A stretch of 64,000 nt of DNA from a bacterium (GTDB taxonomy: Bacteria; Zhuqueibacterota; Zhuqueibacteria; Oceanimicrobiales; Oceanimicrobiaceae): contig JBBIIG010000014.1 in the NCBI GenBank assembly GCA_037446635.1, positions 16,294-80,293 of the forward strand. The letters are read 5' to 3'. The notes beneath the pieces are model-generated. The model worked only from the letters and a program-made list of their open reading frames with translations. It did no database searches and was not told where the DNA came from. The first letter of the stretch is position 1, and every line of letters starts with the position of its first letter. Below are positions 39,167 to 48,538 of the stretch, piece after piece. Both the position numbers and the translations under genes were made by a program.

Positions 39167-40776
39167 AAAATTTATCCGCTCGACAAGGATTTGTTATCCT
39201 CGTCGAACAATTATTTGGGGGATTTAATCCCTTTTCAATGATTCGCGGGAATTGGGACTGCATTGACTGTGTCAATGCTGCTGCAGCGACACAGTCGCCG
39301 CACTCCAAGAGGTTATTTTTTCCGAGACGATTGGTTTTAATAGCTGTTCTTTTGTTAGCGCCCTTTTTTAGCTTCTCCAACTCCTTCTCCCAAATTCTTC
39401 ACAAATACGCTTTCCGTCTCGATGCCCAGCCCAAACCCGGATTGGCCAGCAACACCATCACCGACATTAAAGTTTTCGGCAGCGCAATCTGGTTTGGCAC
39501 CGGCGACGGCCTGAGTCGCACCAAAGATGACGGCCTGTCATTCGAATCCTTTCGGCACGAGCAGGAGATTGGCCGCGGCGGCGTTTCAGGGTTGGCAATT
39601 GGCGACGGCATTATCTGGGTGGCCACGGGGTTTGATTCCACCACTCCGTTGGGCCGTTTTCAAACCGGCGGCGGCCTGGCCTATTCGAAGGATGACGGCC
39701 AGACCTGGGTGTTCGTTCCGCAGCCCGGCCCGACTCCCATCAACAACATTACATTTGATATTGCGCTGCGCGGCGACGAAGTGTGGATCACCAGCTTTGC
39801 CGGCGGCCTGCGCAAATCGGTGGATCTCGGACAGTCGTGGGAGATCGTTTCGCCGGATTCGTTCATTTTCGATCCGGTGGCGCACCTCAACCACCGCGTG
39901 TTTTCGGTGACCGTGGTGGACAGCATTCTTTGGGTGGGCAGCGCCGGCGGCATCAATCGCTCCAACGATGGCGGCATCACCTGGACTAAATTCAGCCATC
40001 AAAATCAAGCGCGTCCCATTTCCGGAAATTTTGTGGTGGCAATTGGGCGGCAGCGTTATGCCAACAAAGACATCATTTGGGCTGCCACGCGCGAGACCAC
40101 CATCGAGTCCGGCGACGAAACCGAATTTCGCGGCGTGTCGTGGAGCGAGGACCAGGGCTTCACCTGGCGCACGGCCTTGGAGGGCGAAACCGTTCACAAT
40201 TTTGCTTTCGATGATTCGGTGGTGTACGCAGCTTCGGATAACGGCCTGTGGAAATCCATTGACGGCGGCGAAACCTGGGCGCTGTTTCCCAACATTGTAG
40301 ATGTCTCGAATGGCCGGCAGATTCTTGCTAATGAAGTTTTTTCGGCCGGCGTCAGCGCGGGGCACACGCTGTGGGTTGGCACACGCAATGGTTTAGCCAA
40401 AACTTCCGATAACGCGCTCACCTGGGAAGTCTTTCAAGTATTTGAACCCACCGGCCGCGACGGCGCGCCGCGCACCTATGCGTATCCCAATCCTTTTTCG
40501 CCCAGCGTTCACAACAATTTGGGCGGAAGAGGACACGTACGCTTTCAGTACAACACCATCAACCCCACGCAGGTTACATTAAAAGTCTATGATTTTGCGA
40601 TGAAGCTGGTGCGAACCGTGGTGGCGGATGCGCCGCGCCCCGGCAGCAGCGACATTTATGAAACCTGGGATGGCACCGATGAAGGCGGCCGGCAGGTGGA
40701 CAACGGCGTCTATTTTTATCGGCTGGAGTTGTCCGGCGACGGCACGTATTGGGGAAAATTGGTTGTTCTGAATTAA
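39163..40776 (+). CDS. BNR/Asp-box repeat protein (sialidase/Ycf48-like beta-propeller) with a T9SS-type C-terminal sorting domain
   Basis: Six SxDxGxTW repeats (SKDDGQTW, SVDLGQSW, SNDGGITW, SEDQGFTW, SIDGGETW, TSDNALTW). C-terminus ..VTLKVYDFAMKLVRTVV..GVYFYRLELSGDGTYWGKLVVLN. The start is uncertain: GTG 39163, ATG 39238 or TTG 39331. Confidence 0.8.
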   Translation: MKNLSARQGFVILVEQLFGGFNPFSMIRGNWDCIDCVNAAAATQSPHSKRLFFPRRLVLIAVLLLAPFFSFSNSFSQILHKYAFRLDAQPKPGLASNTITDIKVFGSAIWFGTGDGLSRTKDDGLSFESFRHEQEIGRGGVSGLAIGDGIIWVATGFDSTTPLGRFQTGGGLAYSKDDGQTWVFVPQPGPTPINNITFDIALRGDEVWITSFAGGLRKSVDLGQSWEIVSPDSFIFDPVAHLNHRVFSVTVVDSILWVGSAGGINRSNDGGITWTKFSHQNQARPISGNFVVAIGRQRYANKDIIWAATRETTIESGDETEFRGVSWSEDQGFTWRTALEGETVHNFAFDDSVVYAASDNGLWKSIDGGETWALFPNIVDVSNGRQILANEVFSAGVSAGHTLWVGTRNGLAKTSDNALTWEVFQVFEPTGRDGAPRTYAYPNPFSPSVHNNLGGRGHVRFQYNTINPTQVTLKVYDFAMKLVRTVVADAPRPGSSDIYETWDGTDEGGRQVDNGVYFYRLELSGDGTYWGKLVVLN

Positions 40777-40785
40777 TTTCTCACA

Positions 40786-40820
40786 AATGCCAGGCACTTA
40801 GAAAGTGCTTGGCATTTTCT
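40786..40820 (+). terminator. Family A palindromic terminator (AATGCCAGGCACTT-AGA-AAGTGCTTGGCATT plus TTTCT), 10 nt after the stop
   Basis: 14-bp stem with one G-U pair. The same family as 22707-22739 and 32757-32790. Confidence 0.6.
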
Positions 40821-40842
40821 TGTAAATGAAGGAGCTGATTTT

Positions 40843-41823
40843 TTGACCCATTTTTTTAAGACGATTTTTTTGGTCTTTTGCCTGCTGGTCTCCGCCACCA
40901 CGGCGCTGGCGCAGGCCGGTAAGGCCGGCGCCTTTTTACGGCTGGGCGTCAGCGCCCGCGCCAAAGCCATGGGCGACGCCTACACCGCGATGGCGCGTGG
41001 CGCCGAAGCCAGTTATTACAATCCGGCGGGATTGCCTTTTCTCGAGCACAAGGAAGTTGCGGCGTCGTACTGGCTGCTTTCCCTCGATCGCCAATTCACT
41101 TACATCGGTTTTGGATTGCCCATTCACCCAAAGGAAGATAGCACTGGCCGCGGCGCCTTCGACGGCGGCTTCGCGCTTTCGTGGATTCACGCCGGCGTGG
41201 ACAATATCGATGGCCGCGACACCGACGGCCAGTCCTTTGGCGACATCTCCAACTCGGAAGACGCGTTCGTGTTTTCGTTTGCGCTGAATCCGGTGCAGAA
41301 ATTATCGCTGGGACTTTCGGTGAAGATTTTGTGGAACCGCTTTCCCGATCTCGGAATTGATGGGCAAACCATCTCCGCCACCGGCGTGGGCTTCGATTTT
41401 GGCGCCCTGCTGACGCCGGCGCCGTGGCTCACGTTGGGCGTTTCGGTGCGCGACATCAATTCCAAATATACCTGGAACACGCAGGATTTGTACGGCGAAG
41501 ATGACGGCTCCGAAACCACTAACAAGTTTCCAAAAATTTTGCGGGTGGGCGCCGCCTTTCAGCCGCCGCAAATTCCGAACGTGACCTTGGCATTTGATTT
41601 TGAGGACAGCAAAGAGCTGGACAACCGGGTTCACTTCGGCGCAGAGGCGGTACTGGGAAACCATCTGTTTCTCCGCAGCGGCTTTGATGACGGTTCGCTC
41701 GCTGCCGGCGCCGGCTACGGTTTCGGCGTGTTCGGCAGGATGTCGCAGATCAATTATGGCTTTGCCTCCGCTGGTGACCGTCCGGAGGCCGAGCATGTTT
41801 TCAGTTGGGTGTTTCAGTTTTAG
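40843..41823 (+). CDS. PorV/PorQ-family T9SS-associated outer-membrane beta-barrel protein (paralog 1)
   Basis: TTG start with RBS AAGGAG. Signal peptide. N-terminal family signature ..AGAFLRLGVSARAKAMGDAYTAMARGAEASYYNPAGL.. C-terminal aromatic residues ..VFSWVFQF. Confidence 0.75.
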   Translation: MTHFFKTIFLVFCLLVSATTALAQAGKAGAFLRLGVSARAKAMGDAYTAMARGAEASYYNPAGLPFLEHKEVAASYWLLSLDRQFTYIGFGLPIHPKEDSTGRGAFDGGFALSWIHAGVDNIDGRDTDGQSFGDISNSEDAFVFSFALNPVQKLSLGLSVKILWNRFPDLGIDGQTISATGVGFDFGALLTPAPWLTLGVSVRDINSKYTWNTQDLYGEDDGSETTNKFPKILRVGAAFQPPQIPNVTLAFDFEDSKELDNRVHFGAEAVLGNHLFLRSGFDDGSLAAGAGYGFGVFGRMSQINYGFASAGDRPEAEHVFSWVFQF

Positions 41824-41830
41824 GTGTCGC

Positions 41831-41923
41831 AAATCGGAAATCGGAAAACGGAAATCGCAAACCGGAAAACGTAAACCGTAAATCGGAAATCGAAAAACGT
41901 TATTCGATTTCCGTTATTCGATA
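41831..41923. repeat. Tandem 7-bp repeat array (AAATCGG/AAAACGG/AAACCGT, ~10 units) followed by inverted units (TATTCGA TTTCCGT TATTCGA)
   Basis: aaatcgg aaatcgg aaaacgg aaatcgc aaaccgg aaaacgt aaaccgt aaatcgg aaatcga aaaacgt tattcga tttccgt tattcga. It lies between the two PorV/PorQ paralogs. Confidence 0.6.
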
Positions 41924-41947
41924 TGCGGAATTGCATAGGAGTACAGC

Positions 41948-42868
41948 GTGAGAAATATTCAAATTACAACCGTATTGATTTGCTCGCTCGGCGTTTTTTT
42001 GAACTCAGCCTTTGCCCAAACCGGCAGCGCCGGCGCCACCGGGCTGGCGTTTCTGAAATTGGGCGTTGGCGCGCGCGCTAACGGCATGGGGGAGGCCTTT
42101 GTCGCGGTTGCCAATGACGCCGCCGCCACGTTCTGGAATCCGGCCGGTCTTTCCCAACTCGAACGTTCGCATTTCACCTTCACGCACAGCGAATGGATTC
42201 AGGATATTTCCAGCGAGTTTCTGGCGTTGGCGTTTCCGGCTTTTGGCGGCGTGACCGGCTTCAGCGTTTACGTCAACAATGTGGGCGGCATTGAACGCCG
42301 CGTCAACCCTTCTGAAGAACCGCTTGGAACCATTGACGCCAACGATGTTGCTCTGGGCGTCTCGTATGGCCGCTCGTTGGGTTCATCCATGCAGGCCGGC
42401 ATCACGGTAAAATATCTTTACGAGAAAATTTACCTGGAAAGCGCTTCGGGGTATGCTTTTGATTTCGGCCTGAATGTTCAACCTTTTGGCAGCGCGTTAA
42501 ATTTGGCGGTCGCGGCGCAGAATTTAGGCTCAATGAATGAGCTGCTGGCCGAGTCCATCGATTTGCCGAAAACCCTGCGCTTCGGCGCCGCTTATTCGTT
42601 TCCGCTGGCCGCGCTCGATGGCGCGGTGGTGCTGGCTGCAGAGGGCGTCAAAGTTGTGGAGAACGATCTGCGCGGCAGCTTCGGCGCCGAAGTGCAATTG
42701 AAAAAAATGCTGGCTTTACGCTTGGGATACCAGAGTGGCTACGAGGATAGAAGCTTGGCCGGCGGGTTTGGTTTGTCCTTCCAGCGCTACCACCTCGATT
42801 ATGGCTACACCCCGGTTGGTTCGAATTTAGGCGATACCCATCGTTTTTCCTTCGGCCTGGATTGGTAA
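41948..42868 (+). CDS. PorV/PorQ-family T9SS-associated outer-membrane beta-barrel protein (paralog 2)
   Basis: Signal peptide. ..GATGLAFLKLGVGARANGMGEAFVAVANDAAATFWNPAGLSQL.. is a textbook PorV/PorQ N-terminal signature. Ends ..HRFSFGLDW. Confidence 0.8.
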   Translation: MRNIQITTVLICSLGVFLNSAFAQTGSAGATGLAFLKLGVGARANGMGEAFVAVANDAAATFWNPAGLSQLERSHFTFTHSEWIQDISSEFLALAFPAFGGVTGFSVYVNNVGGIERRVNPSEEPLGTIDANDVALGVSYGRSLGSSMQAGITVKYLYEKIYLESASGYAFDFGLNVQPFGSALNLAVAAQNLGSMNELLAESIDLPKTLRFGAAYSFPLAALDGAVVLAAEGVKVVENDLRGSFGAEVQLKKMLALRLGYQSGYEDRSLAGGFGLSFQRYHLDYGYTPVGSNLGDTHRFSFGLDW

Positions 42869-43128
42869 AACTCGGAATTCGAAGCTATACGCCAGAACTG
42901 ATCCCGCCTTCGGCGGAAATCGGCCCGCAAAAATTAGGGGTGAAGAGGCGGATCTGCTGCTAAGAAGGCTTATTGGATTTGCTTGTATTTCGAGTTTCGA
43001 TATTCGGAATTTGTAAGTTGCTCTAAAAAAATAACTATCAAGATTGCCATTGACTGCAGCTAAAAATTATCGTATTATTTGCCGTATTTTTTGTGTTGTT
43101 TCCCAAGTCTTTATGAGGAGGAATCAGT

Positions 43129-45297
43129 TTGAAGCGGATCAATATTGCGTTCGGAATTCACAATCATCAGCCGGTGGGCAATTTCGATTTTGTGTTTGAA
43201 GGCGCGTACAACGACGCCTACCTGCCCTTTCTCGAGGTTCTCGAAAAGCATCCCAAAATTCGCATCGCCCAGCATTACACGGGCATTCTCTTTCAGTGGA
43301 TAAAAGATCACAAGCCGGAATTCATCCCGCGACTCAGAAAGTTAGTGAAATCCGGACAGATCGAAATGATGACCGGCGGATTTTATGAACCGATTCTGTC
43401 GGTGATTCCGTACCGCGATAAAATCGGCCAGATCAACAAGCTCACTAAGTTTGTGAAAGAACACACGGGCTACGATCCGCAGGGGATGTGGCTGGCGGAG
43501 CGCATTTGGGAGCCGCAGCTTCCCAAGCCCATCAGCGAGGCCGGGGTGACCTACGTTGTATTGGACGATTCCCATTTCAAAAGCGCCGGCTTGCAAAACG
43601 AGCAGCTCCTCGGCTATTACATTACCGAAGAGGAGGGCGCGCCGGTTTTTCTGTTTCCCATCAGTGAGACCTTGCGTTACACCATTCCATTTCAAAAGCC
43701 GGAAAAGACCATCGAGTATTTGCGTTCGATTGCCACGGAGGGCGGGCAAACGCTCGTGGTGTTTGCGGATGACGGCGAGAAATTCGGCGTCTGGCCGGGC
43801 ACCCATAAACACTGTTATAAAGATGGCTGGCTGGAGCAATTCTTCCAACAGCTCGAAGCCAATCTCGATTGGATCAACATCCTGCATTTTTCGGAAGCGC
43901 TGAAAAAGATTAAACCTTTGGGGCGAATTTATTTGCCCACCGCTTCATATCGGGAGATGATGGAATGGGCCATGCCCACCCGCGCGATCCATCAGTATGA
44001 GGAGTTCGAAAATATTCTCAAAAAGAATCACCTGCATGATCAATACAAAGTTTTTGTGCGCGGCGGCTTCTGGCGCAATTTCATGGCCAAGTATCCTGAG
44101 GCCAACAACATGCACAAAAAGATGCTGCACATTAGCGACCGCCTCGCGCGTCTCGACGCCAAACATCGCACGTCTAAGGCCTTTCAGGAAGCGCAGGATC
44201 ACCTCTGGGCCGGTCAGTGCAATTGTCCCTACTGGCACGGCGTGTTCGGCGGGCTTTATCTCAACCATTTGCGGTTTGCCACCTACCGCCAGTTTATTGA
44301 AGCCGAGCGCATTTTGGAGCGCTTGGAAAAGAGCGCCGAAGAATTTAAAAACGGCTGGGTCGATCTCCAAACCTGCGATTACGACAGCGACGGCCTGGAC
44401 GAAGTCATCGTGACCAACAAAGTCATGAATCTTTACTTTGCTCCGGAAAACGGCGCGTCGTTGTTCGAGTGGGATTACAAACCCAAAGCCATCAATCTGC
44501 TTGACACCATGACCCGGCGCGAGGAAGGTTATCATAAAAAGCTGTTGCAGCATCAACAAAATCATCACCAAAAAAATGAAGGCGAGATCGCCAGCATTCA
44601 TGACTTAGTGGTGATGAAAGAAGAAGGGCTGCAAAATTTTTTGCATTATGATTTTTACCGCCGCGCCTCACTGCTTGATCATTTTTTGAAGGATGACGCC
44701 ACGCTGGACTCATTCGCACAATCTCAATACGAGGAAGCCGGCGATTTTCTAACCGCGCCCTACGAATGGTCGCGCAGCGAATTGAAAAATGGCCGCACCA
44801 TTGAGTTTTGGCGATCGGGCCGGGTGAGTGGTTCCCACGGAGCGAGCGCAGTGTGGTTGGAGAAGCGGATCACGGTGCTCAATTCGGAGGCCCGCATCGT
44901 CGTCGATTATAAGATAAAGAACGACGAACAGCAGGAGCGGGCGTTCTGGTTTGGCAGCGAATTGGATTTTGCGCTGCTGGCCGGCGACGCGGACGATCGT
45001 TACTTCGTTTTTCCGGGGCGCGAATTGAATGGCGCGCGCCTGCGCAGCACGGGTGAAATAAAAGACGCCAACCAGGTGTATTTGGTTGACGAATGGCTGG
45101 GCCTGCGGATTGGGCTCAAATTTGAACCATCCGGCTGCATCTGGCGTTTTCCCATCGAAACCATCTCGCAATCGGAAGCCGGCTTCGAGCGCGTCTATCA
45201 AAGCTCGGTGGTGTTCCCCAATTGGAAATTTAAGTTGCAACCCGGAGCCGTGTGGAGCAATAAACTCGAAATCACGATTGAAGATTTGAAGAGGTAA
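43129..45297 (+). CDS. Glycoside hydrolase family 57 protein (alpha-amylase/4-alpha-glucanotransferase-like) with a DUF1926-type C-terminal domain
   Basis: TTG start after GAGGAGGA. ..NIAFGIHNHQPVGNF..HYTGILFQWI..EMMTGGFYEPIL..WLAERIWEP..VVLDDSHF.. are the GH57 catalytic-core motifs. Confidence 0.9.
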   Translation: MKRINIAFGIHNHQPVGNFDFVFEGAYNDAYLPFLEVLEKHPKIRIAQHYTGILFQWIKDHKPEFIPRLRKLVKSGQIEMMTGGFYEPILSVIPYRDKIGQINKLTKFVKEHTGYDPQGMWLAERIWEPQLPKPISEAGVTYVVLDDSHFKSAGLQNEQLLGYYITEEEGAPVFLFPISETLRYTIPFQKPEKTIEYLRSIATEGGQTLVVFADDGEKFGVWPGTHKHCYKDGWLEQFFQQLEANLDWINILHFSEALKKIKPLGRIYLPTASYREMMEWAMPTRAIHQYEEFENILKKNHLHDQYKVFVRGGFWRNFMAKYPEANNMHKKMLHISDRLARLDAKHRTSKAFQEAQDHLWAGQCNCPYWHGVFGGLYLNHLRFATYRQFIEAERILERLEKSAEEFKNGWVDLQTCDYDSDGLDEVIVTNKVMNLYFAPENGASLFEWDYKPKAINLLDTMTRREEGYHKKLLQHQQNHHQKNEGEIASIHDLVVMKEEGLQNFLHYDFYRRASLLDHFLKDDATLDSFAQSQYEEAGDFLTAPYEWSRSELKNGRTIEFWRSGRVSGSHGASAVWLEKRITVLNSEARIVVDYKIKNDEQQERAFWFGSELDFALLAGDADDRYFVFPGRELNGARLRSTGEIKDANQVYLVDEWLGLRIGLKFEPSGCIWRFPIETISQSEAGFERVYQSSVVFPNWKFKLQPGAVWSNKLEITIEDLKR

Positions 45298-45304
45298 TTT
45301 AAAG

Positions 45305-46891
45305 ATGAAACAGTATCGCAGAAGCTTTCTCGTCATTTCCTCGGTTACTTTGCTGTTTTTAATTTTGGCGTGGCGCTTTGACGCCCAAACCAAAACCGGA
45401 AACATCTACGAACAGAGCCAGCGCTTCATCGAAGTGATGCGGGCGGTGAAAGAATTTTATGTGGAAGATTTGGACACCGGCGAAATGGTGGAGGGCGCCA
45501 TCAACGGCATGTTGGAACGGTTGGACCCGCATTCGGTTTTTATCCCCAAAGAAAAGGTGCAGGAAATCAACGAACAATTTGAGGGAGAATTCGAGGGCAT
45601 TGGCGTGGAGTTCGTCATTAACAATAAATTGCCGACGATCGTTTCCCCCATCGCTGGTTCGCCTTCGGAAAAGGTGGGGCTGCGCGCTGGCGATCGCATT
45701 GTCCGCATCGAAGGCGTTTCGACCTATGGATTCACCGAGGATCAAGTACGGGAAAAACTGTTGGGCCGCAAAGGCGCCAAAGTGACCATTGAAATTTTGC
45801 GCCCCGGTTTGGAGGAGCCGTTCACGGTGACCATCACTCGCGACAAAATTCCGGTGTACAGCGTGCTGGCGGCTTTCATGCTCGACGCGCGCACCGGCCT
45901 GATCAAAATCGGGCGCTTTGCGCGCACCACCAATGAGGAGTTTCAGAAGGCGCTGCTCGACTTAAGGGGCAGGGGCATGAGGCGGCTCATTATCGATTTG
46001 CGCGGCAATGCCGGCGGCTATCTCGAACAAGCGGTGGAGATGGTCGATCACTTTTTGGGCGGCGAAAAGCGCATTGTTTACACTCGCGGCCGCACTCCCA
46101 ACTCCAGCGAAGATTACTTTGCCACCGCCGCCGGCGATTACGAGCAATTGCCGCTGGTGGTGTTGATCGATCACGGTTCGGCCAGCGCCGCAGAAATTGT
46201 GGCCGGCGCGATTCAAGATTGGGATCGGGGATTGGTCGTGGGGCAAACCAGTTTTGGAAAAGGGTTGGTGCAGCAACAAATTCCTTTAAAAGACGGCTCG
46301 GCCTTGCGGGTAACCATCGCCCGCTACTACACGCCCAGCGGCCGGATGATCCAGCGCCCCTACGAGTATGGCCTCGAAAGCTATTTTGCCGAGGGTTTGG
46401 ATGATCGCGATCCCAACGCGGAGGCGGACAGCGCCTCCGGTCGTCCGGTCTTTTTAACCAGCGGCGGACGGAAGGTTTATGGCGGCGGCGGGATCTCGCC
46501 GGATGTGATCGTCAAACCCGAAGTGATTTCGCTCACCTCGGTTAGATTACTACAACAGCAGATTTTCTTTGAATACGGCACCACCTACGCCGCGCAGCAT
46601 CGTAGTTTGGCCAGCAATTTTCTGGGGTTTCGCGATCGTTTTCAGGTTGATGAGCAGATGGTGAACGACTTTATCGGCTTGGCGCGCCGCCGTGGCGTCG
46701 AGGTGAACGATCAACATGTTGCGCAGGACAGCGGCTTCATCAAACGGAGGATCAAAAGCGAGCTCGCCCGCAATTTGTGGGGTACACGGGAGTTTTATCA
46801 AATCGAAGCGCTGGGGGACCAGCAGGTGGTGGAGGCCAGAAAACTCTTCGAGCGCGCCGCGAAGATCGCCGGGCTGAAACTCGAAGGCTAA
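45305..46891 (+). CDS. Carboxyl-terminal processing peptidase, family S41 (PDZ plus S41 domain)
   Basis: TM/signal N-terminus. PDZ (..SPIAGSPSEKVGLRAGDRIVRIEG..). S41 catalytic region (..LVVLIDHGSASAAEIVAGAIQDWDRGLVVGQTSFGKGLVQ..). Confidence 0.9.
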   Translation: MKQYRRSFLVISSVTLLFLILAWRFDAQTKTGNIYEQSQRFIEVMRAVKEFYVEDLDTGEMVEGAINGMLERLDPHSVFIPKEKVQEINEQFEGEFEGIGVEFVINNKLPTIVSPIAGSPSEKVGLRAGDRIVRIEGVSTYGFTEDQVREKLLGRKGAKVTIEILRPGLEEPFTVTITRDKIPVYSVLAAFMLDARTGLIKIGRFARTTNEEFQKALLDLRGRGMRRLIIDLRGNAGGYLEQAVEMVDHFLGGEKRIVYTRGRTPNSSEDYFATAAGDYEQLPLVVLIDHGSASAAEIVAGAIQDWDRGLVVGQTSFGKGLVQQQIPLKDGSALRVTIARYYTPSGRMIQRPYEYGLESYFAEGLDDRDPNAEADSASGRPVFLTSGGRKVYGGGGISPDVIVKPEVISLTSVRLLQQQIFFEYGTTYAAQHRSLASNFLGFRDRFQVDEQMVNDFIGLARRRGVEVNDQHVAQDSGFIKRRIKSELARNLWGTREFYQIEALGDQQVVEARKLFERAAKIAGLKLEG

Positions 46892-47021
46892 AAAATCGGC
46901 GCCGGGCGCAACAAAAAAAGAGTTGACTTTTTAACAAAAATTATTTATACTTTTGCAAATTTTTGAAATTAAAGGGTGTTATGCGAGTAATTTAATCACT
47001 TATTTGGGAGGAGAAACCGTA

Positions 47022-47657
47022 ATGAATTTGCTGAAAATGTTCCACGACGGCGGCGGTTTTATGTGGCCGATTTTAGCCTGTCTGATCCTCGGAATCGCAA
47101 TTAGCTTGGAACGATTTTGGACCCTATCAAGAGCTTCAGTTAATACTCGAAAGTTTCTCGCCACCATTAAAAAAGCGCTGCAAGAGGGTGGGGTGAAGGC
47201 GGCGACGGAGGTGTGCACCAACACTCGCGGGCCCGTGGCCTCGATTTTTCACGCCGGGCTGCTGCGCGTTGATCGTGGAATCGAACACGTTGAGAAAGCG
47301 ATCATGAACGCTGGCAGCATTGAAATGGCCTTCCTCGAAAAGGGCCTGGTATGGTTGGCTACCATCGTCAGCGTAGCGCCCATGTTGGGCTTCCTCGGCA
47401 CCGTGTGGGGCATGATCTTAGCGTTCGATCAGATCGCCCTTGCTAACGACATTTCTCCCGCCATCGTGGCCGGTGGTATTTCGGTAGCGCTTTTGACCAC
47501 CCTGTTTGGTCTGGTGGTCGCCATCATCATTCAAACTGCCAACAACTATTTCATCTCTCGTGTTGACAAGCTCATCGTCGATATGGAAGAGAGCTCGGTT
47601 GACTTTGTTGACACGCTCATCGAAATGGAAAAAGAAGGCCGGCTCAAAAAGGCGTAA
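47022..47657 (+). CDS. exbB: MotA/TolQ/ExbB-family proton-channel protein
   Basis: RBS GGGAGGAG before ATG 47022 (the ORF track starts at 46953). Three TM segments. ..ATIVSVAPMLGFLGTVWGMILAF... Confidence 0.85.
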   Translation: MNLLKMFHDGGGFMWPILACLILGIAISLERFWTLSRASVNTRKFLATIKKALQEGGVKAATEVCTNTRGPVASIFHAGLLRVDRGIEHVEKAIMNAGSIEMAFLEKGLVWLATIVSVAPMLGFLGTVWGMILAFDQIALANDISPAIVAGGISVALLTTLFGLVVAIIIQTANNYFISRVDKLIVDMEESSVDFVDTLIEMEKEGRLKKA

Positions 47658-47696
47658 TCGAGTTTTGAGGCAGTATTTTTTAAGGAGCATTCAAAT

Positions 47697-48098
47697 ATGC
47701 TGGTAGAAAAAAAGAAAAGTCGCATGACAGAAATTCCGTCGGCGTCGTTGGCTGATATCGCATTTCTACTCCTGATCTTTTTCCTGGTTACCACCACTAT
47801 CGACGTGGATAAAGGCATCGGTTTGACGCTGCCTGCCAAGGGCGAGGAGACCCAGGTTCGCACCAAAAATATCACCAATCTATTGATCAATGCCCAGGGC
47901 CAAGTTTTGCTGGATAACGAATTGATCGAGATTGGCGATATTAGCCGAATCGTTCAGGAAAAGATCCGCGAGAACGAAAATTTGATCGTCTCCGTCAAAA
48001 CCGATCGCGAAACCAAATACGAAGTCTTCGTTCAGGCTTTGGACCAATTGAAAATAGCCAACGCATCGCGTATTTCAATTGCCGAACCCGAGAAGTAA
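47697..48098 (+). CDS. exbD: ExbD/TolR-family biopolymer transport protein
   Basis: ..EIPSASLADIAFLLLIFFLVTTT.. single TM plus periplasmic domain. 133 aa. Confidence 0.85.
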   Translation: MLVEKKKSRMTEIPSASLADIAFLLLIFFLVTTTIDVDKGIGLTLPAKGEETQVRTKNITNLLINAQGQVLLDNELIEIGDISRIVQEKIRENENLIVSVKTDRETKYEVFVQALDQLKIANASRISIAEPEK

Positions 48099-48114
48099 AA
48101 AGGAGGGTGCAAAT

Positions 48115-48528
48115 TTGAAATTCTCGAAAAAGCAAAATGTGCAAGCAGGCATCCCGTTGGCGTCGTTGCCGGACCTGGTCTTTTTGCTATTGATATTTTT
48201 TATGGTGTCATCGGTTTTCAAGGAATTTTCCGGCATCCCGGTGCGGCTGCCGAACGCCTCGAAGATTGAAAAATTGTCCGGCAAACGTGACGTCGCCTAC
48301 CTTTGGCTCAGCAGAGACGGCCAAATCTCCATCGACGATAAATTCGTCAACCTGTCGGATGTTTCGAAAATCATGTACCAGAAACGTATCGACCCCATGC
48401 ACCCATTGAAAGTGGTGTCGTTGAAAATCGATAAGGAAACGGAAATGGGGAGAGTTACCGACATCCACGAGCAGCTCCGTGAAGCCGACGCGCTAAATAT
48501 CAATTACTCCGCAAAACCTTCATCATGA
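48115..48528 (+). CDS. exbD: ExbD/TolR-family biopolymer transport protein (second copy)
   Basis: TTG 48115 is preceded by AAGGAGGG; the ORF track starts at 48079. ..GIPLASLPDLVFLLLIFFMVSSVF... Confidence 0.8.
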   Translation: MKFSKKQNVQAGIPLASLPDLVFLLLIFFMVSSVFKEFSGIPVRLPNASKIEKLSGKRDVAYLWLSRDGQISIDDKFVNLSDVSKIMYQKRIDPMHPLKVVSLKIDKETEMGRVTDIHEQLREADALNINYSAKPSS

Positions 48529-48538
48529 GAGGTGATGT

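Noticed and set aside
40811-40826. TTGGCATTTTCTTGT upstream of the first PorV/PorQ gene considered as a sigma-54 (-24/-12) promoter
   Set aside because: TGGCAT-N4-TTGT matches the consensus only partially. It also overlaps the terminator hairpin's T-tract. It is too weak to call without a PWM score.
41831-41923. Tandem repeat array considered as a CRISPR array
   Set aside because: The repeat unit is only 7 bp with no spacers, and no cas genes are nearby. It is a microsatellite-like array, not CRISPR.
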